Shown piece by piece: positions 12,169 to 22,607 of a stretch of DNA of 64,000 nucleotides. The notes beneath the pieces are model-generated. The model had not been told where the DNA came from. It saw only the letters and a program-made list of their open reading frames with translations, and searched no databases. A program made the position numbers and the translations under genes. Origin of the DNA: Prasinococcaceae sp. CCMP 1430 (Eukaryota; Plantae; Prasinodermophyta); contig RQSC01000010.1 of assembly GCA_013416795.1 (NCBI GenBank), positions 149,949-213,948 on the forward strand. The letters are read 5' to 3'. Numbering within the stretch: the stretch's first letter is position 1; each line of letters begins with the position of its first letter.

Positions 12169-13791
12169 ATGGCGTTGGCGGCGCTGGCAGCGCTCGCGGC
12201 GCGGCGCGCGGAAGGCGCTGCCCCGCTTCGCCGCGGCCGCCGGCGCTGGCGATGGCGATGGCGAAGGCGGGGGCGACGAGGGGGGTGCGGGCGGGGACGA
12301 GGCCGGTGGTGGAGCGGCGGGAGAGGCCGATGCGCCCGCCGGCGGGGCGGAAGCCGGAGCGGAGCCCGCCGAGCCGAAGGCGAGCGCGGAGAGCGACGAG
12401 GCTGTGCGGGGTTTCCTCTCCTTCACGGGCTTCGGAGGTGCGCCTCGTGCTTGTGCGCTGACCGCAGCGTGCGGCTGGCTGCTGCGTTAGGGTTGGCGAT
12501 GCGCAGTGCCGCACAGCGCTCGCACGTGCGCGGCGAGATGATGGCGCGCCCGCGCTGACTGTCCCGCGTGGTGGCGGCGTGCCGCGCAGCTGGGGCGCTT
12601 CCCAACGGCGGCTTCGGTCCCGACGAGCCTGTGGCGATGCCGGACCCCCGTGAGGACGAGACGCTCTTCGACGACCTCGCCATCGAGGATCCGCGTGAGC
12701 GCAGGAAGGCGGTGCGGCGCGAGCGGAGGCGGCGCTTCGGTGGTGGCGAGGGTGGCCAGCCGGAGAAGCTCGCCGAGGGGCAGAACGTGTGGGTGGAGCG
12801 CATGAAGCGCAACGGCAAGCTCATTCCCTACGGGCAGGGCATCGTCGATGACTGGCAGCAGTATGAGCTCGACGAGGTCAGCAACGAGGTGCACGGCGAT
12901 CTGTCCGACTTCGCGGGGCGCGTGCACGACCCAGAGCGCGACGAGGCGTTCTGGAACATGTACCGCAAGGCGATTGCCGAGCTCGGCTCCGAAATCGATC
13001 GGCGTGCGAGCGCCGACCGTGCCGTCCCTGCGCGTAAGGTCAAGCGCATGCTAGGCACGCCTTTCGTTCGCTGGACCAACGTGGTGGCCACTCGCACCGA
13101 TGGCAGCGCCTCGCCCATGGCGAAGAAGGTCGCCGCCGAATTCTCTGTGCCCGACGCGGCCGCCCACTTCGGACTGACGCCTGAGCAGGAGCTGCGCATG
13201 GTCGAGCTCGCGGGCACGCGCTACAACCCCCGCAAGCGTTCCATTCGCATCGTGTCGAGGCGTTTCCGCTATCGCGAGCAGAATCAGCGCGACATCGCGC
13301 GCATCATGGTTCGCCTGATTGCGGAGGCACGGCGCGCGAAACCGAACGTGGATACAGAGAGCATTGCAGCTTCGGGAGAGGGCGAGGGCGAGGGCGGGGG
13401 CATCGACGAGGCGCTGTTGAGCGCCGAGGCGCGCGAGGAGCGCGCGGCGCAGCTGGAGGAATGGTACGCGCACGTTCGCGCGAGCGTGCATGCCCAGGAG
13501 GAGGCGGAGGCGGAGGGTGAGGCGGAAGCGCTTACTGCAGCCGAGGTCGAGGCTGAGGTCGGGGCAGAGTTGGAGGCCGAGACGGCAAGTGCAGAGGTTC
13601 CAGGCGCCCCAGTGGAGGCCGACGTGGCAGCCGAGGCAGCCGAGGCGGTGACAGGTGAGGGGGATGGCCTTGCAGCCCTGAGTCGGAAGGAGCTGCAGGC
13701 GCTCGCCAAGGAACACGGCCTGAAGGCCAACGCTCGCAGCGAGGAGCTGATCAAACAGCTGCGCGCAGCGGGGGCGAAGGTACCGCAGTGA
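12169..13791 (+). CDS. Mitochondrial small-subunit ribosomal protein mS35 (MRP-S28 domain) with C-terminal SAP-like motif
   Basis: AKKVAAEFSV...LRMVELAGTRYNP...IRIVSRRFRYREQNQRD matches the mS35 core as I recall it. Intron about 12438-12590. The first exon needs a 1-nt shift near 12210. Confidence 0.7.
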
Positions 13792-14330
13792 CACGAGCTG
13801 CGCGCGCCCCTGCGGTCATCTATTTTTTTGGCGCGAGCGTACGACGCGCACGCGAGCACAGACCGCCCGCACCGCACGACGCGCAGCGCGGATTGGCTCG
13901 AGCCAGCGGTCAGCGGTCAGTAATCAGCCACATTGGCAGCGAGGCTCGTCCCATACACGCCCTGACTGCGCCAACGTGCGCGCCTGTTGAGCCCTGCCCA
14001 TGGGCCGCGCGCTTGCCCCTGGCGACGAGCGCCTCGAGGCAGCGCGCGTGGCAGAGCGGCGGACAGAGCGCCCGTCCAACGTCTTGTAGCAGTCACACGG
14101 GTCGACCGGCTCGCGCTCGGCGCTGGCCTCGAGCACGTTGCAGAAGCAACAGCGCCCACGCGGCATCGCAGCGCCGCGCGCTGTCACGTGGGGCGCGTCG
14201 CTCGCCGCAGCGCCGCCGTGGCCATTTGCCGCAGCTCGGTGCCGCGCTGTGACTCGCGCGATTCGACCATGCTTGTACAAATCTGGCGCTGCGGCGCCAT
14301 ACCGCACCGGCGGCGGCGGTGGCGGCACCG

Positions 14331-15250
14331 ATGGCGCCGGTGATCACGCCGACGGTGGTTGAGGCCACGCCCAACGAGTGCGCGCTCGACGCGCCGCTCA
14401 CGCTGCGGGTAGCCTTCACGACCGACGAGGACATCGCCGCTGGGCGCTGGGAGGTCAGGTGCGTGGCGGGCTGCTGCTGCGGTGGCGCCGGCGGCGGCGA
14501 CGGCGGCGACGACAGTAGCGGCGTGCTGCGGTTGGGCGCCGTGCGTGCGACCGCGTGCAACAGGGGCAGCAGCGGCGCCGTACGGGTGCCTCTGCTGAGC
14601 CGTGGCGCGTCGAGAGCGCGGGGCAGCCAGCGCGTGCTTGACCCACACGCGCCATCGTCCGCTGCCCGGATGTGATCGCTCTGACCACTCTTCTTTCGCA
14701 GATACATGGTGGACATGACCGGCCGGCGGCACATCGTCGAGGTGGGCAAGTCTGACGGCGCCACCGCGTACGCAGCGGGGACGCCGCATGAGTTCACCAT
14801 TTCGGTGCCGACCATCGAGCTCACGGGCGTGAAGAAGTCGTGGCTGCAGAACGCGGGCCTGCTGCTCGCGTGCCTCATCGACGACGCGAGGTGCGCGAAG
14901 CGAGCGCGGCCTGCTCGCTCGCCCTGCGCTCGTCCAAGCGCGACCGCCCCTCAATCGGCAGTCCATGCCTCTCTGAGCGCGCCCTCGCCCGCTCACCCGC
15001 GGCCGTGCGCGCACCACGGCACGGTCTGCACTTCCGCGCGGTCGTATCTGTGTGTGTCTTCGTGCGTCAGAGCTGCTGCCCGCATGCGGCCGCCACACAG
15101 GCTGGGGTGTGAGCGTGGAACGCTGACAGGCGCGGGTGCGGCGCACTCCCCACACCCAGCGGCGATGAGATTGTGCAGATCAGCGCCGTCGTGCAGGTGG
15201 TCAAGAAGGGCGACGTGTACGAGCGCACCATCATGTCGCCGCTGGAGTGA
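14331..15250 (+). CDS. Small uncharacterised beta-sandwich protein (ASF1-like topology suspected), 3 exons
   Basis: In-frame splicing at 14459-14701 and 14891-15159 gives MAPVITPTVVEATPNECALDAPLTLRVAF...WLQNAGLLLACL...GDEIVQISAVVQVVKKGDVYERTIMSPLE*. Confidence 0.7.
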
Positions 15251-15447
15251 GATCACCCACTCCGCGCGCCCCGCGCGGCGTAATGCAGGGCAATCGCACG
15301 CAACAAGAGCGCGTGGGCAAGCACGCCCGGCGCTCGGCGAATCATCCGAGCGTCGCCGGCATAGCGCTCGCGCGCTAGCGGCCGACCGCTGGCCGCGCGG
15401 TGGCACGCGCACGCTCTCACGAGAGGGGTGCGAGTTGGCACGGAGTG

Positions 15448-16345
15448 TTACGAGCGCCGCATCCCCAGCGCGCCAAGCAGCGCTTCCTGGAGTGGGTGCG
15501 CAGGCGGGCGGGCGCCCACGGCACGCCACAGAGCTGACAGCGAGCCCTCGATGCAGCGTGCGAGCCGCACCGAGATCGGGTCGCGGCGCGGCGCGAGGGG
15601 CTCGACCGCCAGCGTGAGCATGCCCATGCGGTTGCCGTACACCACGTCTGCGCGAGGAATTCAGCCGCGTGCGCACGCGTGGCGTCTCACGTCAGACACA
15701 TCGTCCAGTGCGCGCGCAAAGGCGGGGAGGGGCGGGGGAGATGGGAGGGGGAGCTGGCGTGCGAGGGAGAGCACAGTGAACGTCGCGACCCCGCGTTTGC
15801 TATGCGCACGCACCGGTGAGGATCCTGTCGCCGACGAAGAGCACGCGATCCGTGCCGAACGCAGCCGCCCCCTCGCCCAAACCCCCTTTGCCACGCTCCT
15901 TTGCACCGCTGACATCGACATCGACCCTTCCCGCCGCATCGACTGGACCGCCGCCCGCGAAGTGCGCCTCAATCTCCTCGCGCGTGCCGCGCGGCTTCTT
16001 GTGCGCGTGGCGGAGCACGCGCACGCCGAGGCGCTCCTCTAGGTCGGCCGCGAGCTCGCCATCGGGGTCAAACTGTGTGAGGCCCGCCGAGTTGCTCATA
16101 ACGGCCACGCGGTCGCGGCCAAACGCGGCGACGGCTGCGGCGAGTGCGCCGCGCAAAGGCCCGTGTGCGTCCTCCTCGAAAGGCAGCGTGAGCGTGTTGT
16201 CCTTGTCGAACAGCACCCCTTGCACGCCTGCGTCCCTGAGCGCGGCGAAGTCCACGCAGCTGATGTCCGCGCACGCCGCGTGCGGCACGGCTTCGGTGGG
16301 ATCGCGCAGCACCTTGAAGAATGCCGCTGCGCCCCCCGCGTTCAT
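15448..16345 (-). CDS. HAD IIIA phosphatidylglycerophosphate phosphatase (PGPP1/GEP4-like); N-terminal extension unresolved
   Basis: Motifs FDKDNTLT, VMSNSAG, HKKP and FVGDRILT|DVVYGNRMG; intron 15648-15813. Confidence 0.9.
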
Positions 16346-16828
16346 GTTCTGCCGCAGCAGCGCGAGCTTGGAGGGCCGAGGCGCCGGCGCCGCGAGCGGC
16401 GAGCGCTCGTTCACACCTGCGCCGCCCGCCGCGCCCGCTGCGCCCGCTGCGCGGGCCCGCGGCGGCCGCCACCGGTCCGGCGGGCGCGCCGGCCACCCGC
16501 ATCGTCGCGGGGGAAGATTAATCCTCCGCTTCCCAGCACGTTGCTGCACCCCTCCCCGCCCCGCCCCGTGCTCGGGGCGCCCCGCCCTGCGCGTGCGGTG
16601 TGGCTCTACAAGAGGCTCGGTTTTGTTACGCATGGGACGACGCTGGCTCCGCGGCGCCACAGCCGGTGCGGCGCGAGGGAGGGCGCCGAGCCAGAGGGGC
16701 TCCTCCCATCGAAACGGCTGACGCCGAGCCCGCGGCGCGCCTGCCGGCTGTGCTGGTGGTGACGCCGCTTGCATGGCTGGCGCCGGCCTGCTGCGCCGCC
16801 GCCCGCCGCCCGCGCCCCCGTCGCCGGG

Positions 16829-19750
16829 ATGGGGCTTGAGGCAACGGCGCCCACCTCGACCCTCCCGATAGCCGTCCTTGAGGCGCAGGGGCCACCCCGT
16901 CCCAGGGTGGTGAGCCTCAGCACAACACACACCGCGCTGCTGGCGTGTCACTTGGACGCCGGCGGCGTGTTGGTGGGCGTGGACACGTTTAGCGCGCGCG
17001 ACGCGAGATGCGGTCCGCACGTCGCGGGGCTGCCGACGTTCGACCCGTGGGCGCCCGATGCCGACGCCATTGCGGCGCTCCGCCCGGACCTCGTCATCGT
17101 GAGCTACCAGGTGACGGCGGACGCGATGGCGGCTGCTAAACTCTCGGGCGCCAACTTTGAGACGCTCCACCTGCCGTGTCCCGAGGGGGAGGGGGCGATC
17201 GAGCAGGCGTACGCGCAGTGGCGGCGGATGGCCGACATCACGGGAGCGCCGTGGCGAGGCGAGCGTCTGGAGTGCGACGCGAGGGCGCGGCTGCGCGAGG
17301 CAAAGGAGCGGGTGGAGAGAGCGCCGGGCTTTGCGGGATCTTCCTGCGTTTTGGAGTTCGACCCCGCTGGGCCTTACCTCGGCAAGAGCACCTCTCTCGT
17401 CGGGAGCCTGCTGAAGACCGTCGGGATGCTCGACAACCTTGCGGATGCCCTGGCGAGCGACTCCTCTTACCCTCACGTGGCGCAAGCTGACCTTGAGACC
17501 ATGGATCCGACCTTCTACATCGTGCTTCACGAGGGTGGGCCTTCCGTACCGCAGCGGGTGGCGGAACGAGGCCGCTCGATGCGTTGCTTGGACTCGGGGC
17601 GCGTCGTACGCGCCTTCTCCCCAGACGCCGCCAGCCAATGGACGCCCGACGTGGTGGGCCTCGTGGAGTCCATCCTCGCACAGCTCACGTACGGCCCGCC
17701 GCCGCCCGGCCACACGCCTCCGCGCACGGTGTGCTTTCTCGGTGCCGCGACGGAGATCGTGTGCGAGCTCGGCCTCGCCTCGGCGCTCGTCGGCCGGTCG
17801 CACGAGTGCAAGGAGCCCGCGAGTGTCTGCGCGGCGCTCCCTCAGGTCTCATCCCCGGCGTTCAACGCGCACTGCGCCTCCCCTGACATCCCGCGTGCCG
17901 GCGAGGAGCTCCTCAAGGCAGGCCTAGCGCGGTACGAGGTGGACGTCGAGGCGCTCGCCGCGCTTGCGCCGGAGCTGCTCGTCGTGCAGGACGCGTGCAG
18001 CGTCTGCGCCGTGACCTCAGCAGATTTGGAAAGGGCGGCAGCGGACCATCTGGGCGGGTGCCGGATCCTGTCTTTAAAGCCGCTTGTGCTGGACGACGTG
18101 CTGGACGCGCCTCGGTCGATCGGAGCGGCGATCGGGGCTGCTGATGCCGGCATTGCGCTCGCGGACAGTCTGCGCCGGCGCGTCGAGGCGGTGCGGACCG
18201 CCACCTCTGCGCTCTCCGAGCCGCCGGTGCGCGCTGCATGCCTGCAGTGGTGCTCTCCGCTCATGGGCGCAGGCTACTGGGTGCCAGAGATGCTCGCCGC
18301 GGCCGGTGCGGTGTCTGTCACGGGCGAGCCAGGCGGCGGCACGCCCATGATTACGCTCGACGCGCTTGTCGAGGAAGACCCGGACGTGGTGGTCGTCATG
18401 TGCTGCGGGTACACGCTGGAGCGCGCACTGCAAGACTTCTCGCAGTACCTCGCCGACGATCCGCGGTGGGGCAGCCTGCGCGCGGTCCAGGCCGGCCGAG
18501 CATTCGTCGCCGATGGCGACCGTTTCTTCAACAACTCTGGCCCGTCCGTCGCCCGCTCGGTCGAGCTCCTCGCCGAGATGTGTTACCCGGGCACCTTTGG
18601 CGACGGCGGAATGGTCGCCGGCGCGTACGTCGCGCTGCGGGACCGCGGCGCGGCAGCGCGGAGGCGACAATATCCGGGGCAGCTCGTCGCAGCCCCACGT
18701 GGCGGCCTGAGCGCGGAGACGATGGCCACCTCGTGCCGCAGCGCGCTCATCGAATCTATGCGCGAGGCCGCCGCGCGCCACCCCCGAGCGGTGGTGCTTC
18801 TCTCGGGTGGCGTCGATACCGCGGCGGCGCTCGAGGCGAACGCCTCGCTGCCGCCCTCCGAAGCCATGGAGTTGTCGTCAGCTGTGACGGTGTTCGCGTC
18901 GGAGGCCGCCACGGACCGGCCGTACGCGCCGTTGGTGGCGGAGCGACACGGCCTCCGACACGTGGTGCTGGACGTGCGGCTAGACGCAGTGCTGGAAGTG
19001 ATTCCCGCGTGCGTGCGGGCGTTGGAGACGTTCGACGGGATGGAGCTGCGCAACGCGGCGGCCGTCATGCTCGGTCTACGCGAGGCGAAGCGGCTGGGCG
19101 CCACCGCCGTGCTCACGGGAGACGGGGCGGACGAGCTGCTGGGAGGGTATAGCTTCGTCTGGGGCACGGATGAGCCCGCGTGGAGCCAGAAGCGGAGGGA
19201 CATGGCGTCGTCGATGGCCTTCACGACCCACGCCCTCGCCGCGAAGCTGGGCATGGCGGCCGAGAGCCCCTTCCTCACTTCGCTCTTCATCCGGTGGGCT
19301 CTCGACCGCACGTCCAAGCGGGAGTGCGTCGGCGAGAGGGAGGTAGAGCTGTCGCCCACGAGCGGCCGAGTCCGCCACGCCACGGGCAAGCTCTGCCTGC
19401 GCGACGCATTCCCGGAGTCGCCCTCGGCATGGCGTCGCAAGGACCCCATTCAGCTCGGCAGCGGCAGTGAGGGCCTCCCCGCACTGCTCCAGTCGCGCAC
19501 ATCGGAGGCGGAGTTCGAGGCGTCCAGGGCTCGGGCGCTGAAGGAGGACGGGGTGCGCCTCAGGGATGCGGAGTCCCTCTACTACTTCGAGGTCTTCAAG
19601 AGTGCGTTCCCGGGCGGCCTTCCCGGGGTCGAGCGCCCCGGCGCCGGCGCGCCCGGCGCGTGCGTCGCGTGCGGCTACCTGCTCCCGCCCGGCGCCAACA
19701 ACTTCTGCCGCGTGTGCGGCGAGTGGCCCGCCACCGGCTCCGGAGGGTGA
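16829..19750 (+). CDS. Fusion: two BtuF/TroA-like substrate-binding domains + asparagine-synthetase-like ATP-PPase domain + C-terminal Zn-ribbon
   Basis: One intronless ORF. SBP1: RVVSLSTTHT, DAIAALRPDLVI. SBP2: VCFLGAATEIVCELG..VGRSHEC, QDACSVCAV, GYWVPEM, FNNSGP. AsnS-like: LLSGGVDT, LTGDGADELLGGY, SPFL, KLCLRDAF, RRKDPI. C-terminal CVAC...FCRVCG. Confidence 0.85.
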   Translation: MGLEATAPTSTLPIAVLEAQGPPRPRVVSLSTTHTALLACHLDAGGVLVGVDTFSARDARCGPHVAGLPTFDPWAPDADAIAALRPDLVIVSYQVTADAMAAAKLSGANFETLHLPCPEGEGAIEQAYAQWRRMADITGAPWRGERLECDARARLREAKERVERAPGFAGSSCVLEFDPAGPYLGKSTSLVGSLLKTVGMLDNLADALASDSSYPHVAQADLETMDPTFYIVLHEGGPSVPQRVAERGRSMRCLDSGRVVRAFSPDAASQWTPDVVGLVESILAQLTYGPPPPGHTPPRTVCFLGAATEIVCELGLASALVGRSHECKEPASVCAALPQVSSPAFNAHCASPDIPRAGEELLKAGLARYEVDVEALAALAPELLVVQDACSVCAVTSADLERAAADHLGGCRILSLKPLVLDDVLDAPRSIGAAIGAADAGIALADSLRRRVEAVRTATSALSEPPVRAACLQWCSPLMGAGYWVPEMLAAAGAVSVTGEPGGGTPMITLDALVEEDPDVVVVMCCGYTLERALQDFSQYLADDPRWGSLRAVQAGRAFVADGDRFFNNSGPSVARSVELLAEMCYPGTFGDGGMVAGAYVALRDRGAAARRRQYPGQLVAAPRGGLSAETMATSCRSALIESMREAAARHPRAVVLLSGGVDTAAALEANASLPPSEAMELSSAVTVFASEAATDRPYAPLVAERHGLRHVVLDVRLDAVLEVIPACVRALETFDGMELRNAAAVMLGLREAKRLGATAVLTGDGADELLGGYSFVWGTDEPAWSQKRRDMASSMAFTTHALAAKLGMAAESPFLTSLFIRWALDRTSKRECVGEREVELSPTSGRVRHATGKLCLRDAFPESPSAWRRKDPIQLGSGSEGLPALLQSRTSEAEFEASRARALKEDGVRLRDAESLYYFEVFKSAFPGGLPGVERPGAGAPGACVACGYLLPPGANNFCRVCGEWPATGSGG

Positions 19751-20412
19751 TGGTGCCGCGGGCGTGCCAACGCTGCAAGTCGCCGGCACGGCGCGACACG
19801 TTGCGATGTTTTCGTGTTGGCACGTGCGCTCGCCTCGCACCCCCTCTCCGGCGCGTTCCCCGGCGCGCTCGCACGCGCGCGCGATACCAATGGTGGCACA
19901 GACTCCCACCATATCACGTCTCATCTAGTCTGATGTAGAGTGCCATGTACAGTGCAACTGCAAGAGTGCTGTACCAGTTCAAAACGCTGCTCTCATGCGC
20001 TCCCGTGGTTCCTTTTGCCCTCAAAACAGCATTTCCCCCCTCGCTTCGGCGCCGGGGCGGGCTTGGTCGGGTTCGGGATGTGGCCTTATCCGCGCGCGCG
20101 TGGCCGATCGTGAGCGCGCGGCCGAGAACGCTCGCGCGCATTGGGCGGTGCGGTGCGGGGGAATTCGCGGGCGGGCGAAATGCGGGCGGGGCGGGTGCGG
20201 TGTGATACGGACGAGCGGAGGGGAACGCGACGTCGGGCGGGGGTTGGGTCGAGCGGGCCGCGCACCGGCCTCGCTCCCGCTGCTGCGGCGGAGGGCCGGA
20301 CGGCCGGGCGCGGGCGCGGGGGGGGGGTGCGAAGGGGGGATGCGGCACACAGGGTCGAGCGATCGCGGCCCCTCGCTCCTCCCCCCTCTCCCCCCCCGCT
20401 TCCGACCCCAGG

Positions 20413-22140
20413 ATGGCGATGGCTACCCGCGCCGCGTGCCCCGCGGCGGCCGCGCGCGCGTGCGACGCGGCGGCCGCGCTCGCCGCGGCGGCCGTCGTGC
20501 TGTCGACGGCCGGGCCGGCCGATGCGGCGGCGACCATCGACTGGAAGGCGCGCATGGCCGAGAAGGGTAGCACCGAGAAGGTGAAGCTGGTCAAGAAGGA
20601 GAAGAAAACCGCCGCCGAGATGGAGGCCGCTGCCGCGCCTGCACCCGAGGCCAAGGCCGCGCCCGCGCCCGAGGCCAAGGCCGACAAGGCCACTGCCGCG
20701 GAGTCGAGGGCCGAGAAGGCCGCTGCCGCCAAGGCCGCTGCCGCCGAGGCGAGGGCCGAGAAGGCTGCTGCCGCCAAGGCCAAGGCCGAGGCCGCCAAGG
20801 CCGCTGCCGCCAAGGCCAAGGCCGAGAAGGCCGCTGCCGCCAAGGCCAAGGCCGAGGCTAAGGAGGCTGCTGCCGCTCAGGCCAAGGCCGAGAAGGCCGC
20901 TGCCGCCAAGGCCGCCGCCGAGGCTAAGGAGGCTGCCGCTCAGGCCAAGGCCGAGAAGAAGGCCGCCGTCAGCGACGAGCTGCCATCGTTCGCCGAGCTG
21001 TTTGAGGTAAGGCCGCGAGAGCGCGCGAAGAGCGCGCGCGCTACTCGAAGGAAGTGGCCCACGCGCGTGCGAGCCGTGTCGGTGCTTTGCGCCCGATGGC
21101 GAGCCTACCCGTCTGTGGCGCCTGGGCGCGCGCTGTTCGGCGCGCGAGCGCGCAAGCTGACTCGCGCTGCGACGCTCGCACGCGGCTCTCCAGACCCCTG
21201 CGGCACCGAAGGCTTCTACCCCGGGCATCGACCCGGCCAAGGAGAAGCGCACCAAGGTGACCGAGGTGCCCGAGCCCGCCGCGCCGGCCGCGCCGGCGCC
21301 GGAGGTCAAGGTGGTCCGCAAGACAAAGGATGAGGTCACGGTGCCCGTCGCCAAGGTTGTCGAGGAGAAGACTGACCCCGTGCGCGAAGCTGTGCCCACT
21401 GGCCTGGGCAAGACCTCGGAGCCCAAGACGGCTGTCTGCTCCAAGGACGGCGCGCTCTTCAAGTGCACCAAGGAGGTGCGTAGACGCGGCCATGAGCCAT
21501 GCGGTCGCCCCCTCCGCTTCCATCTTAACTGCCAACAAGCACCCAAGCGCGTGTTGGTGCAGGCGCTGCCCATTGCGTGCGTGCGTTCAGTGCTGACCCC
21601 CTGCCCTCGTCGCTGGGGCTCCGCAGGAGGCGAAGGCTCTGGCCGCCGAGGAGGCTGCCGCTGCCAAGGCTTCCTCTTCCATTAACCTCCCGTCGTTCGG
21701 CGGCGGCAAGAAGGAGAAGGCCGCTGCTAAGGCCCCGGCGAAGGCCGTCATGGCCCCCGCAAAGGCGAAAGCTGTTCCCACGGACGGGAAGGTGACGGGC
21801 TTTGCGGCCGGCGAGGAGGGGTTCGAGCTGGACGTTCTAATCAAGTCGGCCATTCTGTTCTCCCCGCTACTGATTGTGACCGTCGTCATCGGCAAGGATG
21901 CGCTCCTCGTCTTCCGCAACCTCTTGACGAAGGGCGAGGTGCGTGGTGTCAGCGGACTTGGGCAGCTAGCAATACGCCCGTCTCAGCTCGATGTTTTGCG
22001 CGCGCTGCGTTTGCACGCGTGCGCTTTGACCGGGCATGCGCCCATCAATCTTGTACATCGACACGCATGCGCGACGCTGACGTTATTCGCCGCGCCACCT
22101 ATCACGGCACGAGCTGAAACATCTGCAGGGCTTGTACTGA
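20413..22140 (+). CDS. Ala/Lys/Glu-repeat (TolA-like) protein with thylakoid-transfer-like signal and C-terminal TM, 4 exons
   Basis: Signal AAAALAAAAVVLSTAGPADA; (AEKAAAAKAK)n repeats at 20640-20970. Introns 21007-21193, 21476-21626 and 21939-22128 splice in frame. TM ILFSPLLIVTVVIG. Confidence 0.7.
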
Positions 22141-22607
22141 GTAACCCTCTCGACGCCGACTGTAAGCTCACTCACAAAAGCGTGCGTTGCTCGCGTCCGT
22201 CGTTGCACGCCTAGCGGCGCCCCGCCGGCGCTGGCATCAGCGCCCGGCGGCGTCGCCTAGGCGGCAGCAGGCGTTGCGCGCGCGAGCTGCTCGAGCGGCT
22301 GCGATTGGGGCGGAGGCCAGCGCCGCTGCCGCGACGGCACGCAGCCGCGCCCGGCACGCCGCCGCGCAGAGCGCACACACTGCCGCGGCCTCCCTTGTGC
22401 GCCCCGGCGGGTCGCCGAAGGTGTCGCATGTCGCACGTCATCCTTTCAGGTTACGACAAGATACGCACATATTTAGGGTTTGTGGAATTTTGCGACGCCC
22501 GTAACCCTCACAGTGGGAGGCAAAGGTAGCCGCCGGCGTGCGCCACACGCCGCCCGCAGGGTGGCCCCCACCCCCCTGACGCCCCCCCGGGCGGCGCGAG
22601 GCGGCCC

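Noticed and set aside
12190-12230. Programmed frameshifting in mS35 (also NASP near 60240)
   Set aside because: The single-base shifts sit in GC runs without a slippery heptamer; consensus errors in a draft assembly are more parsimonious.
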